Source: a virus (lineage: Duplodnaviria > Heunggongvirae > Uroviricota > Caudoviricetes). Taken from it: a stretch of DNA of 64,000 bases. The stretch lies in IMG/VR virus record IMGVR_UViG_3300029288_000059, positions 97,237 through 161,236 of that record. One strand, 5' to 3'. The notes below the pieces were generated by a model. It was not told where the DNA came from. It searched no databases and was given only the letters and a program-made list of their open reading frames with translations. Every line of letters begins with the position of its first letter. The stretch's first letter is position 1. The translations under genes and the position numbers were made by a program. Positions 10,617 through 19,600 of this stretch are shown here, in pieces.

Positions 10617-11852
10617 ATGGTAAACATCTTAAAATTATTAAACGAATATAGAGTATATAACGACAATACTTTAAGTGACTACTTGAAACAATACATTCAA
10701 AATCCATATATGTATAAACTGTTTTATAAAGATATATCTAATAATCCCAAGTATATGTCCAAAATTACATCCAAACTTACTAACGAATGGGATATTAAAG
10801 ACAAACAAAATGACACATTACGTCAATTTAAACCTACTTCTAATTTAACAGATAAATTAACCCATATACGTGATTGGCTAACAGCTAGTAATCCAAACCC
10901 AGCCACATTTAACACCATTAAAAATATAGATGGTGCTTATCAAACTGCCGAAACTTGGTTTAATAAACAAAAAGTAACTAATACACAAGATGGTGTTACT
11001 GGTACTAAATTAATACATACATATAGTGATGGTTATAAGATATTACAATTGCTTACTCCATTAGCACTTGATTACGAGTCACAACACATGGGACATTGTG
11101 TTGGTAAAGGAAGTTATGATAAGAAAGTTACTAGTGGTAAAACTATAATTTACTCATTACGTGATACTAAAAACGAACCCCATGCTACTATGGAAGTAAC
11201 TAATAACACACTTAAACAAATAAAAGGTAAGCAAAATCAACCAGTTGTTGAGAAATATCGCGACTATATAAGAGATCTTATTAATCTTAATGACTTTAAA
11301 GAAGTTAACGATATTAGAAATATAGGCATGGTTGAACTAGATAACAAGATATATACATTAAAACAACTTTATGAAATGAAAGATATTGTTGTAAAAGGAG
11401 ATGTTAATTTACGTGAAATGGGATTAACCAAGTTACCTCATTTCAAAAGTATAGGTGGTAGTTTAGATTGTAGTCATAACCAATTAACGAGTTTAGAGGG
11501 TTGTCCGACTAGTATAGGTGGTGGTTTATGGTGTAACGATAACCAATTAACAAGTTTAGAAGGTTGTGCTACTAGTATAGGTGGTAGTTTAGGTTGTAAT
11601 GATAACCAATTAACCAGTTTAAAATATTGTGCTACTAGTATAGGTGGTGATTTAATTTGTAGTCATAACCAATTAACAAGTTTAGAAGGTTGTGCTACAT
11701 ATATAGGTCGTGGTTTATGGTGTAACGATAACCAATTAACAAGTTTAGATGGTTGTGCTACATATATAGGTGTTAGTTTAAATTGCCGTAATAACAAAGT
11801 TAAATTATCTCGTCCTGAAGGTATTAAGATTGGTTGGAACTTTAGTAACTAA
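10617..11852 (+). CDS. Protein with PcfJ-like domain and C-terminal leucine-rich repeats
   Basis: ES..MGHCVG..Y, IYSLRD..PHATME, QIKGKQN; 21-aa GGxLxCxxNQLTSLEGC repeats. Confidence 0.7.
   Translation: MVNILKLLNEYRVYNDNTLSDYLKQYIQNPYMYKLFYKDISNNPKYMSKITSKLTNEWDIKDKQNDTLRQFKPTSNLTDKLTHIRDWLTASNPNPATFNTIKNIDGAYQTAETWFNKQKVTNTQDGVTGTKLIHTYSDGYKILQLLTPLALDYESQHMGHCVGKGSYDKKVTSGKTIIYSLRDTKNEPHATMEVTNNTLKQIKGKQNQPVVEKYRDYIRDLINLNDFKEVNDIRNIGMVELDNKIYTLKQLYEMKDIVVKGDVNLREMGLTKLPHFKSIGGSLDCSHNQLTSLEGCPTSIGGGLWCNDNQLTSLEGCATSIGGSLGCNDNQLTSLKYCATSIGGDLICSHNQLTSLEGCATYIGRGLWCNDNQLTSLDGCATYIGVSLNCRNNKVKLSRPEGIKIGWNFSN
11448..11790 (+). repeat. Coding tandem repeat, 63-bp unit, about 5.5 copies
   Basis: Units start at 11448, 11511, 11574, 11637, 11700 and 11763. 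Confidence 0.9.
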
Positions 11853-11886
11853 ATAAAGTATACGTTGAGTGAACGGGGTTAATATA

Positions 11887-12306
11887 ATGGTAAACATCTT
11901 AAAATTGTTAAACGAAGCATATGAAGTATCTACTTATAGAGGAGATACTGAATATAGTATAATTTGTACTGGTGATTGTGTTGGTGGTGATGAAGTAGCA
12001 TTTGAACGTGCAACATTTAGTGGTAGTTTTAGAAGTCCACATTTTGATGGTTTTGAGTTAGTTAAGGGCAAGATTATAAAAGATTCATATGGAGCAGATA
12101 AGCAACAACATACATTCACATTACAAAAAGATGATGGTACTACGTTTAGAATTAAAGGACGTAACCTATACGGTAATGGCACATATAGAAAACGTTGGAA
12201 GAATGAAGATGAACGTAAAGTTGCACAGGATGAAAAACATGAGCGTGGTAATGCCGCAAGAGCCATTAGAGACCAACGACGCGAATTAGAAAAACAAGGA
12301 TTTTAA
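11887..12306 (+). CDS. Hypothetical protein with MVNILKLLNE leader
   Basis: First ~30 nt nearly identical to the start of ORF 10617. Confidence 0.7.
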   Translation: MVNILKLLNEAYEVSTYRGDTEYSIICTGDCVGGDEVAFERATFSGSFRSPHFDGFELVKGKIIKDSYGADKQQHTFTLQKDDGTTFRIKGRNLYGNGTYRKRWKNEDERKVAQDEKHERGNAARAIRDQRRELEKQGF

Positions 12307-12309
12307 GAT

Positions 12310-13629
12310 ATGAAATTAGGCGATATAGATTTCTTATGTGAACGAATTTCGGTAGATAATGTATATCGTGAAACAGTATCTACATTACAAGAATTATTTA
12401 AAGATAAATTCTTTTATGATAGATTTTATGATAAGATGAGTTCTGCTTTAACTAATATTGCTACTAAGACGGCGGATAATGTATTACGATGGACTAATAA
12501 GAAAGCCATTATGAACGTTAAAGTTGAATCATCAAAACAAGGTGGTGGCGGTACATCATCACAAGTTTATAAAGAACATTGTCGTATTACTAATATTGAA
12601 ATACAATTACCATTGGTAAAAGAATTAAAGGATTGGTTATCGGGTACAACTAATTTACCAATTAATACTAGGGATGATATTATCGAATATATTGCTCATG
12701 TGTTTAGTCATGAGATGACTCATGCTATACAAGAATTACGAGTTAAAGAACCTGCTTATAGTGATAATCAAAAATTTAATAAGATTAAAGATAAAACCGC
12801 ATTAATGCGTACTCCAGAGGAACACCATACTCAACAAATGACAGATGACTTATATACTAAGTATCTATCTACAATCGCCGAAATAGGCGCGTATGCAGGT
12901 GATGCTTCGCGTGAACTAACACATATAGCTGGTAGTAAACAAGCCGCTCTAGCACTACTTAAAACTAACGACAAACGATTGATGCAATCTAGTACATATT
13001 ACACTTACTTTACTAAAGTAAAAACGAACCGTCCTGTCGCATGGAAAGAGTTTTTAATCTCATTACATTTCAATTTAACAGAATCAATTGACGAATCAGT
13101 TAAACAGAATACATATAGAGTCTATCATGGTTCTAAGTCCGATTTTAATAGTTTTATCGAGGAATATATTTCTGTTAATAATGACCAAGCACTTGGTTGG
13201 GGTTTTTATTTTACAGATGATAAGGAAGATGCACAAACATATACTAGTAGTGATGGTGGATATCTATTAGAATGTGATGTTACTATAAAGAACCCATTAT
13301 CCAATACAAAACCATTCAAGTATAAAGATGCAGAGACATTAATTAAAAATACACCTAATTATTTAGATGGCCTAGCTAATTTTGGTGATGTAGATTATGA
13401 GGGTGAACGAATAGTCTTACATCAAGCCATTAGTTCCTATATCGATAAAGATATGTTAAGTTCTTCATTCGCGATTGCTAATGATTTTTATGGTAAAAAT
13501 GTTAAGACATTTTTAGCAAATATGATAAAGATAGGTTATGATGGAGTTATCGATAGAACTCAGTCAGCATTACATATAGTTGTGTTCTCTCCTAACCAAG
13601 TTAAAATTATCAGTAAAATGAAAGTTTGA
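12310..13629 (+). CDS. Zincin-like (HExxH) domain fused to an ADP-ribosyltransferase-like (ART-PolyVal-type) domain
   Basis: SHEMTHAIQ...EIGAY; VYHGS...LGWGFYFT...A..Y, GYDGVI, VVFSPNQVK. Confidence 0.65.
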   Translation: MKLGDIDFLCERISVDNVYRETVSTLQELFKDKFFYDRFYDKMSSALTNIATKTADNVLRWTNKKAIMNVKVESSKQGGGGTSSQVYKEHCRITNIEIQLPLVKELKDWLSGTTNLPINTRDDIIEYIAHVFSHEMTHAIQELRVKEPAYSDNQKFNKIKDKTALMRTPEEHHTQQMTDDLYTKYLSTIAEIGAYAGDASRELTHIAGSKQAALALLKTNDKRLMQSSTYYTYFTKVKTNRPVAWKEFLISLHFNLTESIDESVKQNTYRVYHGSKSDFNSFIEEYISVNNDQALGWGFYFTDDKEDAQTYTSSDGGYLLECDVTIKNPLSNTKPFKYKDAETLIKNTPNYLDGLANFGDVDYEGERIVLHQAISSYIDKDMLSSSFAIANDFYGKNVKTFLANMIKIGYDGVIDRTQSALHIVVFSPNQVKIISKMKV

Positions 13630-13633
13630 TATA

Positions 13634-14080
13634 ATGGTTAGTATATTGAATTTATTAAATGAGACAAATTTAGTTAATGATTTTTTAAAACAGGCATCAC
13701 CTAACGAAATTAAACAATATTCAATGCGTGATAATTGCGGTATTGCTGCATTAGATATGATTGAGTATGCAAAGAAACATGATAAATTATTAACGAGGGT
13801 TAGTGGATACTTTATTGCTGATAAAATAGTAAGTAGTAAGAAGGACTTCACTAATGAGATGCGGGATGAGTTAATTCTTGATGGGGTTAATTTTAACGAT
13901 GATAAATTACGATATGAATGGATAATGAAATCTAAATATAAAAATACTATGAAAGAGATACCACATTATTGGTTGATTGACAAACAAGGGAATATTTATG
14001 ACCCAAGCGGATATTTACAATTTATTAAACGTGGGTATGCAACCGATTTGAATTCTTGGCGTTATAAACAAGAAAATTAA
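13634..14080 (+). CDS. Hypothetical protein with MVSILNLLNE leader; possible Cys-His-Asp (transglutaminase-like) fold
   Basis: DNCG ... PHYWL ... IYDPS motif order. Confidence 0.55.
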   Translation: MVSILNLLNETNLVNDFLKQASPNEIKQYSMRDNCGIAALDMIEYAKKHDKLLTRVSGYFIADKIVSSKKDFTNEMRDELILDGVNFNDDKLRYEWIMKSKYKNTMKEIPHYWLIDKQGNIYDPSGYLQFIKRGYATDLNSWRYKQEN

Positions 14081-14166
14081 AATAAACTATTGACAACCCC
14101 GTATAGATAACATACTATAATAAATGTTAGCAAATAATGTGAAAATAAGGTTAAGATTTATTATGC

Positions 14167-14203
14167 AAAAATAACCCTACCCGAAAGGCTAGGGTTATTT
14201 TTT
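14167..14203 (+). terminator. Intrinsic terminator, possibly bidirectional
   Basis: AAAAATAACCCTA-CCCGAAAGGC-TAGGGTTATTTTTT. Confidence 0.75.
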
Positions 14204-14279
14204 GAACATACCTGTAAATTATCATTTTGACTAACATTCACCCATAAGTTACAATCCTTATGAATTTAAATAATGAGGA

Positions 14280-15155
14280 TTGAAATTAATGGTTAAACAT
14301 ATAGATGCATCGTATAACTTATTACACGAAATGAACCAGTATAAGTTAGTAGAATTAGCAGGTAGAGTTTGTTATAAGTCGGAAGATAAAATTACAGACG
14401 AATCATATAAACCGTTTATCACCACTGTTATGAAACGTGGTCATGAAGCAGTATTAGAACATGGTACGATTTATTTTAAGACATTGGAAAAATTCAAACC
14501 CTTATTCGATAGAAGTGATTATATTAAAACAATCTATAACTTCAATGACGGGTTATTATACGGTGTTGCCAACTTCAGAGCTATGCGTAATTTTATTAAA
14601 CTAATCGCTAACCCATCGAACTTAAATGTTATTATTGATGGTATTGATGACTTATTATTTAAAGATATAGAACAACCCACAAATACAAGTTCAATCATAT
14701 GTTACTCTATTCCATTAAATGAGTTTAAACAAGTTCCTGGTGCTGCACGGTATGAACGTAAATCTGTTAAGTTTATATGTGATAGGGCTATTGCAAATGA
14801 GATTGTAAGACATAGACCACCTTCATATGCACAAGAGTCAACAAGATATTGTAACTATGGTAAGACTAACGGTATTAGTGTTATCACTAGTGATTTCTAT
14901 GCTAATAATCCAATAGCACAACCGATAATAGATAATGCGTATAAAGTATGTGAATCTGCATATTTAGAATTATTGTCATTAGGGTTTAAAGCACAAGATG
15001 CACGTGAAGTATTACCATTGGGGTTGAAGACTGAAATCTTTGTGACTTGTGATATCATTGAATGGGAATGGATATTCGAGTTACGTTGTGATAATGCGGC
15101 ACATCACGAAATTCAAAAGCTAATGAAGCCATTAAAATTAGAAATGTCAAAATAA
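14280..15155 (+). CDS. thyX: Flavin-dependent thymidylate synthase
   Basis: AGRVCYKS, GHEAVLEH, EIVRHR..SYAQESTRY, DAREVLP, LRC..AAH.EI. Confidence 0.93.
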   Translation: MKLMVKHIDASYNLLHEMNQYKLVELAGRVCYKSEDKITDESYKPFITTVMKRGHEAVLEHGTIYFKTLEKFKPLFDRSDYIKTIYNFNDGLLYGVANFRAMRNFIKLIANPSNLNVIIDGIDDLLFKDIEQPTNTSSIICYSIPLNEFKQVPGAARYERKSVKFICDRAIANEIVRHRPPSYAQESTRYCNYGKTNGISVITSDFYANNPIAQPIIDNAYKVCESAYLELLSLGFKAQDAREVLPLGLKTEIFVTCDIIEWEWIFELRCDNAAHHEIQKLMKPLKLEMSK

Positions 15156-15235
15156 ACTCTTGACATTATGATATGAATATCATAATATGATATACGTACT
15201 TAACTAAATATGATTAAGATGGACATTTTGTTACT

Positions 15236-15272
15236 AAAATAACCATAACCTGCAAGTTATGGTTATTTTTTT
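15236..15272 (+). terminator. Intrinsic terminator
   Basis: AAAATAACCATAAC-CTGCAA-GTTATGGTTATTTTTTT. Confidence 0.75.
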
Positions 15273-15348
15273 GATTATCTGAAAGTTGTTGACAGAACTT
15301 ACTATTTTTGTTATAACTTAAATTATAACAATATTTTGGAGACGGACA

Positions 15349-15408
15349 ATGATGAAAACATTATATCACGGGATTATTTTCGGGTTTATATTTGGATTAA
15401 TTATGTAG
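15349..15408 (+). CDS. 19-aa hydrophobic peptide MMKTLYHGIIFGFIFGLIM
   Basis: Early promoter at 15289-15330 and GGAG RBS directly upstream. Confidence 0.35.
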   Translation: MMKTLYHGIIFGFIFGLIM

Positions 15409-15808
15409 TTGGTTTAGTAGGCCATGCAATAGTATTAGGATACCCTTCTTGATTTTTAATATCACGTAATGCTGCCCGGTATTCTTTGAACTGTTTAACT
15501 AGTGGTTTATTCTTTGAAATTGGACTATCCGGTAACATATAGAAATCCGTCTCACTCAATAGTTGTTGTATAACAACTTTAACTTTTTCGCATTCTTTAC
15601 TTTTTAACATCGCATCGTATTGGGATAATATATCTGTTTCAGACGGTACTGAAACTGTATTACTTTTTGACCATAGTAATATATAATCATCACTTAGTTT
15701 ATGTTCTGTGCTATGAATGTCGTCATCTAGCCCACCATTGTGGATTGAGTATTGTGCATTAGGAACGAGTTGTTCAATAATAGAAGATAAAATTTTAATA
15801 TCGTACAT
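15401..15808 (-). CDS. Tail fibre assembly chaperone (XkdW/Tfa-like)
   Basis: LLSETDFYMLPDSP...YRAALRDI..QEGYP..I.WP.KP. Confidence 0.8.
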   Translation of the reverse strand: MYDIKILSSIIEQLVPNAQYSIHNGGLDDDIHSTEHKLSDDYILLWSKSNTVSVPSETDILSQYDAMLKSKECEKVKVVIQQLLSETDFYMLPDSPISKNKPLVKQFKEYRAALRDIKNQEGYPNTIAWPTKPTT

Positions 15809-15810
15809 AG

Positions 15811-16518
15811 TTAAACCTCAATTTCAAATATTTCTAAACTAGTAATGACTGCACCACCAAACGCTGCATTAGTACCATTGAATGAATTAACGTATAAGCT
15901 ACCAGCACTTGCACCAACTCGAACCGTGTAAGTAACACTAGCGGAACTAGAGGTAGCAAATGAGGCTCCAAATGTCAATGTTCCTTCATACCCGGATTGT
16001 AATTGAATCGTACTAGCAACAATGGCATTTGCAGTCGAACCCGCAAATATAGCACCAACTGCACTAGCAGCAGTACTAACGCTAAATAATAAATTAGCAA
16101 TTAATAATAAACGATTACCAGATTTTTTTGGTGCATAACTCATCGATATAATTTGAGTACCTTCTGTAATCTGTGGAATAGTTGCATCTACTGGTATTCT
16201 TGCCGCGGTTGATACAACAGTACTAATATTAGTTAGTGAATAATTAACAAATACACCGGCAGCTAACTTTGAATAATCAATACTAGAATTGGCAATATCA
16301 TCCCCATCGATTAATCCATTAGTACCCAGATTTAATAGTTTGCAGTAAGTACCACTAACACGTTGGTATGTGGCAGAATTAGCCCCATTATTATAGATAT
16401 ATAAATCTCCATCACTACCAATTGCATTATTTGGAGTTGTGGAACCTGACCGAACAGTTGGTCCTTTTTTACCTATTTGGAATGAGTTACCACTTATACC
16501 CTTTATATTATCTTTCAT
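15811..16518 (-). CDS. Short tail fibre protein
   Basis: G..P...G.DGDLY motif; C-terminal beta domain ending SLEIFEI; next to chaperone gene. Confidence 0.65.
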   Translation of the reverse strand: MKDNIKGISGNSFQIGKKGPTVRSGSTTPNNAIGSDGDLYIYNNGANSATYQRVSGTYCKLLNLGTNGLIDGDDIANSSIDYSKLAAGVFVNYSLTNISTVVSTAARIPVDATIPQITEGTQIISMSYAPKKSGNRLLLIANLLFSVSTAASAVGAIFAGSTANAIVASTIQLQSGYEGTLTFGASFATSSSASVTYTVRVGASAGSLYVNSFNGTNAAFGGAVITSLEIFEIEV

Positions 16519-16660
16519 AATATCCTCGTTCGGTTAATTTAATCTATAATATTATATATTTAAGGTTATAAGTCAAATATATATTTAAAAATTAAATTCT
16601 ATATTTTCATTTATTATTATACTATAAATATACGTATATTTAATAAGAAGGGATATTGTT

Positions 16661-19600
16661 ATGACGGGTGTTACATATACATCATTATCAATTGGAAAAG
16701 ACGGTCCAAATATATTGAATGGGACGGGAATACCAAATTCTAGTATTGGTATAAATGGTGATGTTTATGTTAGAAAAGATACTACTGATATATATAGGAA
16801 AATATCAGGCACGTGGTCTCCTGTATCCTCTTCAGGTAGTGTTGTTGGTAGTGAGTCCTTCGCTACAAACGTAAGTGTTGGTAACTTAGTTTATTATAAT
16901 TCTACCACAAAACAATATGAGTTAGCAGATGCGTTAATTGGTTGTAACGGTGTCAGAGGTATTAACAATAACGTATTATCCTTTAGTGATGTATTTGATA
17001 CTGGAACAACCACTTTAAGTGTTGGTACGGTATATTATGTTGGTAGTTCTGTTAATAATGAACAGGGTGGTTATACTACTAATGATACTGGATTAATTTT
17101 AGGAACTGCAATTACAACTAGTTCCATTATATTAGAAGTTGGTTTACCATTCGCAGTTACATCAGAGTTAGTTAATACGAATCGTTCTAAAGTTATGAAT
17201 CCACAAAATACATTTCAAGCTATTGATTTGTATATGATTCAAGAATTTATGAATAAAGCGAATCTATGGGAATCATCAAGAAGAATGCCAAACACATTAA
17301 CTAGTGTTAATGGCGTTGTTGATGTTGATTTTAATAATACGAATTATTATCTTACTACTACTGAAAATTCAATATTTGCAAATCCATCTAATACAATTTT
17401 AACTAATAACGTTGGGAAACGTGGTATTATAACGGTTAAACAAGAATCAACCCCTTATACTGTTGATTTTAAAAATAAATGGACCGTTGCTGATGGGGTT
17501 GATATTACCCATACTTCAAATGCTAAAGACTTAATTGACTATTATATTAATAATGATAATCAAATAGATTGTAATATAATTAAAAATGTAATAGCACGTT
17601 CCGCGATTATAACGGTAAATCATGCACCTACTATTACATCACCTAGTTCGATTTTAACTAGTGAAGATACACCATATACCCTATCAAATGTATCATTTGA
17701 TGATAGTCTTGACACACAGGAATTAGTAGCATCAACCGTAACATTAAGTTGTACTCATGGTACATTTACTGTTACCGATAGTAATGTTACAATTACTAAT
17801 AATGGTACTAGTAATGTAACGGTTACTGGTATGATTGCTCAACTTAATACTGCAATGGGAAATACTGTTTATACTCCTGTATTAAACTATAATGGTAATG
17901 ATTCATTAAGTGTATCAATTAATGATAATAACAATGGTGGTGGTGTATCCGCACAAATAACATCTACCAACATAGATATTACTATTAGTGCGGTATGGGA
18001 TGGGTCTAGTTGGGGTCTTACAGCCATTAATACTAATGTTAATACCCCTGTCATCGTAGACACATTTATCAATCAAATAGTTAAGAACGTATCGACGGAA
18101 GTTTGGAAATGGGAGTTTACAGTACCCACTACTTCTATAACTATTGGTGGAACAAGAGTAGGTGATGTATGGGTGGTATTAGATAGTGAATTGTCTACCT
18201 CTTCTATAACATTCACCGAAGCAGTACCAACACAGGCTGGTTTATTATTAAACTTTTATGACGATACCGAATTATATTTGAGTAATAATTGGCATTTCAC
18301 CGTACTATCTAATGTTACATATACAAATCATGCACCTATATTATCTGCACCATCTTCGTTTACAATGAATGAGGATACTGTTTATAATTTTTCAAATATT
18401 AGCATTAGTGATAGTGAAGACTTACATGAAATTGCTAATACAACAATTACATTTACTTGCTCGAACGGAACGCTAATATCCAACTCAACCGATGGAACAC
18501 ATACGATTACTCTTTCTGGTGCAGGTACTAGTACATTTAGCATGATAGGTAGAATTGTTGACCTTAACGCACTATTAACCACCTTAACATATACCCCTAC
18601 TAGTAATTATAATGGTAGTGATACTATTAGTATTAGTGTAAGTGATGGTGGTAATGGTAGTGAAACAGCTGGAACTAATGTATTAACAACATCAGGAAGT
18701 ATTGATGTAACGATTAGTAACGTATTAGATGCACCAGTATTAACAGTATCTGATATATATGTAACCCCAAATACAACTACCCCATTTCCAATAACAGTAA
18801 CAGATATAGATTCAAGTGCAGTATTAACAGTGGAAATATCAGGACTTGGTACTACATATACTCTTAATTATGGAACTTATAATAGTGGTACTGATGTATG
18901 GAGTCTATCGTATGCAGATTTAACGGGATTAACTGTTACATCACCAGTAACAGAAGGTACAATTAGTCCTGTTATAACGGCGTTTGCAACTTTGGGTGTT
19001 GATGTGGCATCAAGTTCAAACTCTATAACAATTTATAATGCATCAATTTTAACGGTCGATAATAATACCTTGATATTAGCACCATTAACAACATCAAATC
19101 AGTACCTAGTTGATAGTTCACTAAGAAATCGTTTATTTACGATGAGCCAACCATTGAGTACTGACCATGTTTTTAATAGTACTAAATCTATTAATGGTGA
19201 GTGTACAATAAGAAAAAGAATATCGAATCCAGATAGATTTAATTTCGAAAATGGATACACGATTGAATTTTGGCATAATTACGAAGCACCCACCACTACC
19301 TTTAATCCAAATACTTATCAACTTATTAAATTAACTAGTGACGATACATCTTATATTAAATTATCGTGTGTTAGTGGTGATATGCGTTGGGATTTTTATG
19401 ATACCGTAATAGGAATACAATCGGGTCAGGTTGGTAGTGCTATGTCGGTTGGTTGGCATCATATAGCATTAGTCTATGTTGGAACTATTAACATTGGTAA
19501 TGATTGTGTATTATATATTGACGGTACTTCTGTAGCAACTATTCCAATTGCTCGTTCACCTAGTAATTATAATTCATATATCGAAGTTGGGGAGATAAAT

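Noticed and set aside
11448-11790. CRISPR array or DGR template/variable repeat
   Set aside because: Contiguous in-frame 63-bp coding repeats without spacers; no reverse transcriptase in the window
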